This document shows, one piece after another, positions 12,140 to 24,136 of a DNA stretch of 64,000 bases (positions are counted from its first letter, which is position 1; each line of letters opens with the position of its first letter). The stretch spans positions 6,448,001-6,512,000 of the forward strand of contig JBHGNT010000009.1 in the NCBI GenBank assembly GCA_043228905.1, given 5' to 3'. The notes beneath the pieces are model-generated. The model was not told the origin of the DNA. It saw nothing but the letters and a program-made list of their open reading frames with translations, and ran no database searches. The DNA is from Azolla caroliniana. Lineage: Eukaryota > Plantae > Polypodiophyta. The position numbers were made by a program, and so were the translations under genes.

Positions 12140-13298
12140 GTGGGCAGGTCGTCGAGGCATATGGGCAACTTTTGCAAAGCTAAAGGAGAAGTATTGGTGG
12201 CCGGGTGTTTACAAAGATGTAGCAAGCTATGTAGAAACATGTGTGCAATGTCAATTGTACTCAAATGTTCAACATAGGGATGAACTTTATCCGACATATC
12301 CATTGTCAATGCATTATAAGTGGTTGGTAGACATAGTGGTTATGATGATGGGATTGGGGCAAATGAGGTATCTCCTGCTAGCAAGACAGGATCTCACCAA
12401 CCAAGTAGAAGATCGGGCACTAAGGAATAAAACCACTTTGGCGGTTTGTAAGTTTCTCCTTGAAGATGTTATTTGTCGATACAGATGTGTGGGCAAAATA
12501 GTAGCCGATATGGAAGAATTAAATGCAAATGAAGCTAAAGAGTTCTTTTCAAGGATAGGCGTCAAATTATCACTCACCATGGCATACAACCCAGACGCAA
12601 ACAGGAAGGTGGAACGAGGACATAGTTCGATTGTAAAAGCTCTGGCAAAGGCTTGCGACGGAAAGATGGGGGGGCTGGCCACGATTACTACCGTATGCAT
12701 TGTGGGCTGATAGAATTAGACATAGCACAACTACAAGATATATGCCAACCGAGCTCATATTAGGAAAAAAACCAATAATGCCTATCGAGAAAGTGTTGCT
12801 TTGTGGGCATCTTTGCCATGGCAAGAGGAAATGAGTCGAGAAGACTTGCTACCTACAAGGATTCAACAATTAGAACGAAGGCCTGAAGATGTCGAGTTGG
12901 CAATAGAATGGTTGCATCAGGCTCGATTGAGGAACAAGGAGAATTTTGATAAAAAACATCATCTTCGTCAAAGAAGAATTGAAGAAGGAGATTGGGTTCT
13001 TGTCTATGATAGTAGCCTTGATAATCAATATAGCACTGCTTGAAAGTTTGCAAAACGATTGTTTGGCCCATATATGGTCAAGAAAATTGAAAACAATGCA
13101 GAGTTAGATGGAACTCGACTTGCTTTGCCAATTGCAAGGAAGAGAATCAAGATCTTTAAGAGAAGAGAGGCCCCATATCTTGAAATCAAAGCTCTAGACG
13201 ATGTTGCCTCGAGCATCGAGGCTGAAAAAGAATAACAAAAAGAAGAACCTCACCACAATTGACACATACCAGTGGATGTGCAGGTTTGGTGGGGTGAA

Positions 13299-14102
13299 TG
13301 TTGTGTGGTTCTTCACACACGATATGAAAAATAATGAAATAATTATTTTAGATTAGCTTAATGGTTTGATATGGAAAAGATGGACGTCTTCAAGAGCTTC
13401 CGAACACATTTTACTACACATTTTACTACGTTATATGAGTATGAAGTTTGAGAAGAGATATCTCACATAGATAGCACAACATCGAATCCAACATTATATA
13501 ATTAGAACTCAAACCCATTAGTTTATATTTGGGTGCTTGGTGCATGAGCCGTTCAATTGTTCGAAGTGGTCTATAGTGCGTGGGCCGTTCGGCTGTTCGG
13601 ATCGATCCATAGTGCATGGGTTGTTCAAAGTGTTTGTTTTTGCGGGCCGTTCGGAACGATCCGTAATGTGCAGGCCGTTCGGAGCGTTCGTAGTGCAGGA
13701 GCTGAACTGCTCAACTAAAGTAAAGGTCATGTGTGGACACATGCAACTAAACATTGAGGCCATGCAACTAAAGTAAAGGTCATGTGTGGACGCATGCAAC
13801 TGAACAAAAAGGGGCCATGATCAACAAAGAAACTCTCTATATATTCCACTATCTTCTTTTCTCCGCTTCTTCTTCTCCCTTCTTTCAAAAATTATCTCTC
13901 ATATTGATATCAAACCCATTGTAATATGATTCAAAAATGATAAAGAATCTATTATTTTGATATAAACAAATGTTCTCTTTCATCTACTTGTCTTATGTGT
14001 AAATCTTGATTGTGTCGTGTGAGTGAGCTCTAATTCCTTCCAGTCCATAACCTCGACGGGTCCGCTTCACGATCCACACATAGTGACGGATTTTTCACGA
14101 CA
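13299..14102 (+). repeat. 3' LTR of element 2, with short internal repeats in U3 (13540-13800)
   Basis: Starts TGTTGTG after the purine tract and ends TTCACGACA; U5 resembles 43021-43069. Confidence 0.8.
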
Positions 14103-14720
14103 CCGCCTCCATCATCTCCGATATATCCTTCGACACTGATCCATACTCCTTAATCAGCTTAGGAATGTAGCTATAGTTTGATCTCGGCTTTTTATACTTG
14201 AAAATTTGTTGATTTACCTTATCCCCATTCTTTCTCCACCATGTCATTGAACTCTTGAATATCATCACGTTTCTAGACACAATCAACCATTGTAGCGTTT
14301 CTCTAGCAGCCTCAAGACCTGCTCTAGACCAATGACATGTGGGATCTTTCTGAAGCATTCTTTGGGCATCTGTTATCGATCTTCTTAGACCGCACAATTC
14401 TATTTTTAGTCTCCACTTAAAAATACATTGAAGTTTCAATAATCTTCCCTCTAAGTTGATCAAATACACCACAACCAGCTGGATTTACTTGCCCATATGC
14501 TCCTTATCTTCCTTCCCACGTCCGCATCCTAGAAAAGCTTACTGTTGATCCTCAAGTTGTAGTCCCTTTCTGGTCTCCTCTGGTTGACTAACATAATCTT
14601 AACAGGCATATGATCATAGTAACTGAACCGGTGATGATTTCAACATTGTTACCATATCTTTCCAGTTCCGAGCTTATGTATATTCTGTTTATGTGAGACA
14701 TGCTAGAATTGATGCCAGAA
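14103..14720 (-). mobile_element. LINE (L1/Tx1-like) ORF2 fragment: endonuclease end and linker
   Basis: SHINRIYIS near 14675-14700 resembles the SRIDRI endonuclease motif; ORF 14095-14472 resembles the EN-RT linker (W..NGDK). Confidence 0.55.
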
Positions 14721-17699
14721 CACATAGTAGAGATGCCAGAATTATAAACTCATAGTAGAGAGACTTTTAACTTGCTTAACCAACTTGAACGATTCATTTA
14801 CTAAGGGCAGGTTCAATACGTAAATACACTTCATGTCATGCATAGTGTTAAAACTTTTATTCACATACGTGAAAATTGAAGTCATTCCTGGAGCTCTATT
14901 TGAGGTTGAAACTCATGTTCAAGCATTCTTTTATTTGGAACTACCGTTCACATGCACACATCCTTACTCCAACTAATGGTAATGTCGGCTTTTAAAAACA
15001 AAAAATTCAACCAAAAGGTATTATGTTATACAGTTGTTATACATGGTCGAATTTTGAAATGCTATGTTCGAGAATTATTCCATGGACATTACTCATATAT
15101 CGACAATGATGTAAACAATATCCAACCAAATGTGATATGATGTATCTTGTCCCCTTTGTAGCCTATATCGAGCATTGATCAATATTCCAATGATACTTGA
15201 AGCATATTCTTGATGAATATTGCATCATTTCATCATAATGACCATGAAAGAGGCCCCTCTTAAGATTGATGGATGGGCAATGAAAGCGACCTATGATGAA
15301 TAGAACAAAATTACAATGGGACATATTCACTACTTGGTTAAATAGCAACATGAAATGAAACACTTGGCGAGGAGAAATAACAAAAATTTGAGTTTTACCT
15401 GTATGAGGTAGTTTGGTGGACAAATGAAGATGGAGGACATCAAGAGAGTTAATGGGCAATGTGCATGCATCAAGACAAAGTATTTAAGCATGGAAGAGAA
15501 ATGATGTCATAAGGGGAGGATCTACTCCTTGAGAAGGAAACTGTGATTAGCTAAGGGAGACTCTAGTTTTAGAAATTGCGTCCACAATTGGCAATGTCAA
15601 CTTCTTGCAACCTTTGGCCAAGAATGCTATTTATTCACAAAACAAGGTTGTAGAATAGAGATATGGGATCATGTCTTCACACATAAGCAAGAGTTCTTAC
15701 TCTATATATAATGTGATAAGAGAAAATATGTGTCTTTTTTGTGATAGGTATTGTATTGCCTTGTCTAATTTCATAGATTCGAAGTCTATGCCTCTTTTGG
15801 ACTCTTGCATAGAACTCTACGCTTCCTCATGTCTATTACGTAAAGAAGGAAATCACTATGGGTAAAAGCATGCGAGTGGAAACACTATTATAGCTAATTA
15901 GTTACTAAAATGGCCACAACTAATTAGCTATTTGTTTAGCTAATTTTTTGTGGGAAAATCATAAGGATGGTTTACGAAATTTTATGTTTTATTAGTTAAA
16001 TACATGTCATTTAATTTATGAGAATACTCAAATATTTGAACTTTGGTTTTTTACGTAGTGGAACATGGGGAATAGTGCCATCATCTAAGGTCGACTTGAA
16101 TGTCATCAAATTCTTGATAATGCTGAGTTCGAGTTCGAACTCCAAACAGATCCTTGTCTAGGTATGTATTAGTTACATATTAAAAAAACTTTTTTTTCCT
16201 TTCTAATAACTGTTTGTAACTTTGGTGCCTGTTCATCTTTCCCAAAAATTGAATAGGGCGAAGTCGTTGGAGTCCCAAACAAGAATGGCTCGAAGATTGG
16301 GGGTGTAATAGTAGGTGTGTTTCTGATTGACAAAATTTCGTAGTATGGTTGATTTCTGCCTTTAGTGATGATTAGGGTTTGTGTTTCCCTTAAGTGGTTT
16401 AGGGTTTCTCATTACAAATTTCAGATTGCAAGTTTCTGGTTACAAATTTTTTATTACCAAATTTTAATTATTGTCACAATCTGTTGTAATTTTGCACCAA
16501 TTCTCATGACAAATTTTGATTAGGGTTTCTGATTTTTTAAGTGGTTGATTTCTGATACATGTTGAAAAAGGAGAGATTACAAAATTCAGATTACTGTCAA
16601 AGTGTTGTAATTTTGCACCAAATTCACATTAAAAATTCTGTTTTTGCACCAATTCTAATTACTAATTTTCTATTTCAGGTGGCTCTTTCTTCCCTATCCT
16701 AGAGTGTTGAACTTCGCAAAATTTTGTGAGAGAAAGGAGGACTTTCACAACATATATGGTATGTCGCTCGAGGGTATTGATCTTGTTGTTCTAACTAATA
16801 GATTGATTAGTGATGTAGACTGGATGTCAATATATAAAGTGCCTAGAGTGAAAGGCAAGGTCAAGCTCAAGCATGTACAACCGGACCTGTACGACGATTG
16901 CATGAGACTGCACCAGAAAGTACATCAAGAGATCCCAGTCAACAACGAGTGGTCCGTTTCATTTGCCAGAGCTTCTTTGTAAAAGCCAATAATAAAGTAC
17001 GTTTGAGTACATAGCTCATGTGCAACTTCTTTTTGACGAAAGAACTCTTATTGGCCTATAATCAAGGTTTAGATGATAAAAAAGGGGATATCAAGGACAT
17101 ACGTTGAGGATTAGATTAGTGAGGAAAGCACAAGAAAGTGGAGTGATTGAAAAGAGAGTGGTGAGCCTTATTATCATTTTTGCAATGATATTGAATGTTT
17201 TTGAGTCTATTGTTGAGAGAGGAATTTGATCTATTTGTGGGAGGTTTTGGTAAATACAATTGTTGGAAATTCAACACAATCTAAATGACATAGATTTGTT
17301 ACCATGATAATATCCACTACATTATATGAAGGGTTGATCACTAAATCATGTGTTTTTAGGCTTTGTTATAAGGTTGTGCCATGGAGCCACGCTGTAGGTT
17401 GTTGAAAATAAGATAGAGGGGGTACTAGATGGCGTCAACTCAAAGACATCATCAATAATTATTATGCTTGTCAATTTGATCTAAACTATGCATTTCTTAT
17501 ATTTTACCAAAAAAGAATATACTACATTAGTTAAATGTCCTTTTGTACACAACTTTAGTCCCTTTATCGGGTAATCCTTGCCTAAATTATCCTATCATTC
17601 ATGAGTGATCTCACTTATTTATCATACACTTTCACATATGTCTCTAGCCAAACTTTCATACACATCACCTACATTCAATAACCCACATGTCTGTTCTCT

Positions 17700-20600
17700 T
17701 TGTATCTCATCATCTGCACCCCTCTTTCAACTAATGGCAGGGGGGAACAACCACCTGGGTACTATGTACTACCATCGTATATCCATTCCATTTGCTACAA
17801 CCATGGGTGTAGTACACCAACGTTTTCTAAAATTTAGCCTCAGTGGTTGTGAAGCATCATCTGTTCCATCAATCCTGTCATATTGTGCCCTCAATGTAGT
17901 TGTTAGTGTGTGCCATATTAGCTTAATAGTTTCAACTGGAGGCCATCTGTTTGTTGAAAATACCTTGGTACAACTTGTCATCCATATGCACCATATGATA
18001 ATGGGTGCAAGCAACATTCATAGATCTCCAAATTTTTGCTTCTGCATGGTACCCTGTTATTAGTGATCAACCCCCAAACAATTCCATTATCCCCTCCGTA
18101 TGTTGCTTTGCATGTGCTATCATATTTCTCCACATCATCCTCAAGATAGTTCTAGCACACATGTTCCCATTTGAGGGTAAATGAGCTAGAGCCATGGCAT
18201 AGCAAAGGTAATGCCCTTCCCCATACAGTTGTTGCGTTGCGACATTCCCATTGACAATGGGAAATCCTTTGTAGTTGTCCACATGCACTACATCAAGGGT
18301 CTACATTGGGGCCTATAACCCCATCCCTACCGACAAGGCTCTAAGCGCAATAAGCCATGAGCATATCATTATCTTGCGGTCACTACTATCATGCCATATC
18401 ATTTTCTAGAATTTATCTAATAAGTTTTCACTAATGCTCTCATTTATTCAAAATTTATGTGCTTCAATATTTCCATGTTCTTGTTCTAGAATAATTTGTA
18501 GAGAAATGGGTCTCGGCCACAATCGAGATTTAAGTACAAAGGAGAGAAAACATAAAATAGAAATATTGGACACAAGATATTAATGTGGAAACCCTATAAT
18601 GGGAAAACCACGGGAGCCCACGGACTCCGAACATAATCACTATGGTAAGAGATGAATACAAGTAAGAGGCTCCAAAGCAACAACCTTGAGCTCTTCTTCG
18701 TCACACGACGACTACAACAGAGTTACTCTCTCTCACTCTCACTCTCTTTGCACATAGTTAGTTACAACAACTCTATCAACAACATCATAAAGCTTTGCCC
18801 TAGTTATATTTATACCAATACAACTTTAGAGCTATTCCGATCTTTCTTTTCCTTCGGATCCAACTAATCCCACTCGTGCTCTCCTTCCCATCCAGAGGGA
18901 CCTGTTTTCCCAACATAAATTGCCTCCCAATTTGTGTGGTACCTGAAAAATTGAACCAACTTTGGGCCCTCAATTCATCCTTGAGTTCTCTTGAAATACG
19001 TCACTAGGTCCCATGATAGTTGATCCGAATGCCTTTCTATTGGCCAACACATTGTTGTCGGTGTGATCTACCTCGGGTCAATCATCATATCCTTTCCAAT
19101 TTTTTGCAATCAGTCTGATCGTCCTTTCAATGCGATAATATGGTTGTTTACGTATTGCCATTCCATTCTTTATTTTGTGGTAGCATGCTTCATTAGATCC
19201 TGCTTTCATTCCCTTAATTCCAATTAGATCATTCTCAACATCTATAAGTCCTTTCCATTCAATTTCGGAGGTAATTATATCCTCATCTTCCAAGGTTTGC
19301 CTGTTGCGTGCAATGGCATCTATAATTCTCTTGAGCATGTTTTTACCCCTGCTTATCCTCCATATTCTAGCCTTTTGGGGGCCCACATCATTAGATAGAA
19401 ACCTCTTCTAGTACACTAATGCATTCCCTTGGGCATTGATTAAGTTGGCCCATTTGAAGCTTGCTTTATGTCTTATCATCAACCCATCCACATCTCTAAT
19501 AAGTGGGTTCCACACAATTGGCATGTACATCCTTGCGTATGCATCATTTCTCCACCTATATGTGATCCTCTTTTTGATTCCTTGCCACGCCTTCATAATT
19601 CCAGCAACACATATACTCTACATACATCCCCAATATTTGGGTCACATTTTTGGCACAAAACCCCAAAATTGCTGCTTGTGTTGGCAACCACATCTTCCAT
19701 TTGTGTCTCCATAGAATTTATCAAGGTGCCTCAGGTGGTTGCAAACTCATGACCACCAATTTGGCTAACAAGGCATTTGTTTGCACCACAAGATCTATCA
19801 ATCCCACCCCACCTTCACGTTTTTCGTTTATAAGTGTGATCCAAGCAACCTTTGCTTGAGCTTGTTTTTCCTCTGTGCTCCCCATAAGAAATTTATGATA
19901 ATTCTTTTTATCAATTTCATTGACTTGGGCACGATTATCCAACATGCAGCAGTATGCCATATAGTGGCCATTAGAATCTGATTTGCAATCAAGATCTTGC
20001 CCGCAAACGATAGCTTTCTTGCATTCCACCATATTCGCTTCGCTTTTATTTTGTCCACTAGTAGATTGTAGTGTTCTGATCAATCAATGTCCATACCAAA
20101 ATTGAATTCTAAGTATCTAATAGCTTCTCCTCTCCTCAACCATCAGAAATTGGGGTGCAAAGCCCAATTTAACACATGCATATTATTTATCCAAATGCCA
20201 TTGATGTATTCCAATTTATTTTAGCACTTGAGCTCCTACAGAACTCATCAACTGCACTTTGCAATTTGTCCAAGTTAATTGCATCACCCTTAACTTAAGT
20301 TGTTGTGTCATCAACATATTCAGTATCAAGTAGCATTCCTGTATCATCGGGCAAGGGGAGGCCTTGTATTTGCAATATATATCAATAATTTGATAATGCA
20401 AAGCTTCTGCTGCAATGATATATAGGTACATGACCAATGGGCATCCTTTACATACTAATCGTGACGTCTTAAAACTCTTCCCCATACTTCAAGCCATTAA
20501 AACCTAGTTGGATGCACCTTTGTAAAAGGTTGTCGTTCCAAGGATCCATTGCTTGTCAAAGCCTAGGGAGTCCATCATTGCGTCGAGGAGTTCCCATGAG

Positions 20601-21118
20601 ATCCTATGATATGCTTTTTTGAAGTCGAGTAGCATTACTGCCAAGTGCACTTCTTCCTCCTCTGGCCATGCTGAATAATCCCAAAAAGTTACCACATTGT
20701 CAACAATGTGCCAGTTTTCTAGGAAGCCAGTTTGCGTTGCATGTACAATATCCCCTAGTACTGTTTTCAATCAACTACTTACAACTTTAGCCATTATCGT
20801 ATAAGCATTGGTGAGAATCATCATTGGTCGCCAATTATCGAGCATTGTCAGGTCTTTTCCATGCTTGGGCATCAAATAAATCATTCCTCTGCACATTGTT
20901 GTAGGCATTAAACCTTCTTCCATAATGTATTGCATCCCTACCATCATGTCATCCTTAATTAGATCCCAATGTTTGATGTAAAAGTATATTGGAAGTCCGG
21001 AAATGCCTACACAACTTTGTTTGTTCATATCCCCAATTGCATCCCACAATTATTGCATACATATAGGGGTATTTATTCGGTCCATCATTTGATCCGTAAC
21101 TTTCCTTGGTATCATGTT
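17700..21118 (-). mobile_element. Degenerate LINE (L1/Tx1-like) RT and C-terminal region
   Basis: DNWRPM, QTGF, LDFKKAYHRISW, KGCPL, LSFAGKILIANQIL, KREGGVGLIDL are non-LTR RT motifs. Confidence 0.85.
18497..18915. mobile_element. Probable Copia-type solo LTR
   Basis: TG..CA ends, flanks TAATT/TAAAT (one mismatch), internal GTGGAAACCC..GGGAAAACCACGGG motif. Confidence 0.5.
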
Positions 21119-22841
21119 TGTAAAGAAGTGGAGGGTGTAGGTGATCTTGTGCAGCGGAAGGAACTGTGTGTATGACAAAAGGCAGAGGGGGAGGGGGGGG
21201 GGGGGGAGAGAGAGAGAGAGTGTGTGTGTGTGTGTGAACTTAGAGATAGAGAACAAGAAGTTGTATTAAACAAAATTGAAAATATATGCAACAATAACTA
21301 AGTTATAAAAGGTTGGTTTAAGTACAAACTAACCTAGGGCAACTGCCCTTTTACAAAACTAGACTAGTGTGTCCATTGCTAGTGTGAAAACCATTTCATT
21401 GGGGAATTCTGGTTTGATTTACAACATGCCCCTTCAAACACAACTTCCGGTCGTCGGAGAGATTGTCTAGTTGTTTGGCTCCTTTCAGCTTTCTGGGTTT
21501 TTCAGTTCTATGACTGGATGGTTAGTTAGGTCGCCTTCAACTTTTCTCCTTCATTACATTCGATTTGTGTGTCTTGTTTGGCTTCGTGCTTCGACTCCCC
21601 TTGGTCAGCTTCGATTGATTGATGGGCTGAGTCAATTAGACTGCTAAATTGATTGAATCGATTGGCAATACTATATTGTACTACCCCTCAAGCTCGCAAT
21701 GCGGCTATTGCTAGGCCAAGGCCTGTCATGAATTGCTTGAGCTTATCGACTCCCAAGGTTTTTGTGAATATGTCTCCTACTTGAAGGTACGTGTTGATGT
21801 GATGCAAGTCGACATCTCCAGCCTGAACGCACTCTCTGATGAAGTGATAGTGCACTTCGATACGTTTTGTGCATGCATGGAACACCGGGTTCCGAGCCAG
21901 ATGGATATTGCTCATGCATGGAATCAGATCCTTGATGGGAACGCCTAGATCCTTGAATGTTCTTTTCAGCCAAACAACTTCACATGTGGCGATTGCCGCG
22001 CCCCTATACTCGGCTTATGTGCTTGATAGTGCAACTATTAGCTGCTTCTTGTTGCTCTAAAAGATAGCTCCGCTGCCAAGGGAGAAGATCAACCATGAGG
22101 TCGATCTTCTATCGACCTTATAGTCGGCCCAATATGCATCTGTGTACCCTTCGAGTTGAAAGATCATGTCCGACTTATACATGATGTCGTAATCCATCAT
22201 CCCACGGACGTACTTGAGTAGTCTCTTAGCACAATCCAGATAAATATCCGAGGTTTCTACATGAATTAGCTAAGTAGACCGATTACATAGTTGAGGCCAG
22301 GTTGTGTGATGGTAAGATAGATTAAACTACCGATCAGTTGTCAATACTGAGTCAGCTCACTCTTCTATTCCGAGTCGGCATCGAGCTTGAGGTTTCGATC
22401 AAGGAGGGTTAACACAGGTTTGCATTTAGTCATCCCAAACTTGTAGATCAAGTTGAGGATATAATGCCGCTTAGAGATCATAATCCTGATTGGTGTCTAA
22501 GTAATGGACCTCATGCATATCTTTCATTTCGAATGTGCCGGATAGGAGTGATTTGACATTACTAATATCGGCCAGATTCTTTCCTCTGATAACCAGATCA
22601 TCCATGTATAGGATGATGACAATCGATTTGTCCGACTTGCTTCTGATGTAGAGGGAGTTATCCGATTTTGACATGTGGAAGCCGATTTGGTAAAGATACT
22701 CAGTGATCTGCTTGAGTGGTGCTTGCTTGAGTCTGTACAATGGCGTCTTGAGTTGGAAGACTATGGTCGGATGCTTGATCGATTCGAAACCAGATGGTTG
22801 AATCATGAGGTCTTCCTCTGCTAATTCGCCTTGAAGGAAGG
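21119..22841 (-). mobile_element. 5'-truncated Ty1/Copia (RT-RNaseH remnant, PPT, 3' LTR 21119-21426)
   Basis: ILYMDDLVI, ARNPVFHACTKRIEVHYHFIRE; LTR start TGTAAAGAA is shared with 24259, 52730 and 60941. Confidence 0.85.
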
Positions 22842-23019
22842 TTGTGCCTTGTAGCGGTTCACTGAGCCATCAACATTATATTTTATTTTATATATCCATA
22901 TGCAACCAATCGCTTTCTTGTGTGGAGAACGGGGAACGAGATCCGATGTCTCATTCTTGCATATGCATGCATCTCCTCATTCATGCTTCGATCCATCGTG
23001 GATCCTTCGCTGCCTCGAA

Positions 23020-23335
23020 AAGAAATGTTGTCAATTATATTATGTCCCTAGTTGTGATGAAGAAGCTACACCATGTATCTAGCGATAAGAGTCTTTTGAA
23101 CCCCTATCAAAAACCGCAAAGATTAATCAATTGCCTAATCGACATCTTTTCAAACCCAGATGATTGGGTTTTAGATTTGTTCTCTAGCACATGTATATGA
23201 TATAAGTTTAATCACATTAATTTAGATTAACTTGTAGACTATGATTCAAATTTTTTTTTACATGTGCAATTCCATTCTACTAAAAGGTAAGTTACTACAA
23301 CATGTGCATTAAAGATGTTCAGGAACTATGTTGCA
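23020..23335 (+). pseudogene. Remnant of N4-cytosine/N6-adenine (beta-class) DNA methyltransferase C-terminal part, probably intron-split
   Basis: NPYQKPQRLINCLIDIFSNPDDWVLDLFSST, an AT-rich GT..AG spacer (about 23193-23291), then TTTCALKMFRNYVA; compare the N6_N4_Mtase pattern HPTQKP..L...LI...SNPGD.VLDPF.GSGTT..AA..LGRNFIG. Confidence 0.7.
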
Positions 23336-23694
23336 TCCCAAGGTATCTGGGATTGTCCCGATCAAGACCAAGAAATTTGGGCAAAGCATATAATTGAAAC
23401 AGAGATGTTCCAGATGACTTCCAAAGAACCAATGGAACTTATAGATGAAGAACGAGGGAACCTTCTGGACTTAGAAGATGTATTAGAGTCTAAACATATC
23501 CATGATTCAGGTGATCTTACTGAAGATGCCAATGAGGACAATCTGGAACAATCGGTTAATCCTGTAGAGCCCCCCGTACTAGACTTAGTTATAGTTAGTT
23601 ATATATTGAATGCACGTGGCTAAATGTATAGTTTGAATAATATTAATTGTTAAAATTTGACCTAATGTATAGTTTGAGTTTATTTATAATTTGT

Positions 23695-24136
23695 GTTATA
23701 TGACTTGTTGAACTTAGAGTTTAAGTTTCGACACGATAGAATGTAAGGGGTTGAACACATGACCTCTTGGTCTTATTGGGCAATCTTACTAGTTAAGCTA
23801 CATCCATCTATGCATTATTATATTGTATAAGATTCAACTTATTACAAGAATGTACAGAACTTTCAAGAAACTTCTAGAGAATGCATCTTCATGCACTCTC
23901 TAGATGTTTCCTAGCTTACATGGATATCTCCACATTCTTGTATATTTATTTGGGTGCACCTTGATTAAAATCAAGGTGAACAACACCAATTACGGAAGCA
24001 TAATTCAGTTCTCTCCCTCTTGTCTACATCCTCTCTCTCTTTCTTGCTCTCTTGTCTATGCTCTCTCTCTCTCTCACTCACTATTTGCATATATACATGT
24101 TGTCTTTACTCTCCATTCTAGTTCGGGGTATTCACA
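23695..24136 (+). repeat. Decayed LTR-like sequence containing an antisense tRNA-like module
   Basis: Ends GGGGTATTCACA followed by a weak Met-PBS-like TGATATTA; CT-rich R-like region. The start is approximate. Confidence 0.4.

Larger units (their letters stand above)
4504..14102 (+). mobile_element. Ty3/Gypsy non-chromovirus element 2 (degenerate RT-RNaseH-integrase, PPT, 3' LTR), interrupted by the chromovirus
   Basis: RT 4822-5304 (FLDDILIKG), RNaseH 5683-6419, integrase 12111-13043, PPT about 13287-13298, LTR 13299-14102. Many stops and frameshifts. Confidence 0.9.

Noticed and set aside
13540-13800. CRISPR-like or novel repeat array
   Set aside because: Irregular GGCCGTTCG and CATGCAACT repeats inside an LTR U3, with no constant-length unique spacers, in a eukaryotic context.
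14750-15900. Possible decayed transposase or gene
   Set aside because: No motif I can recognise; ORFs are short and interrupted.
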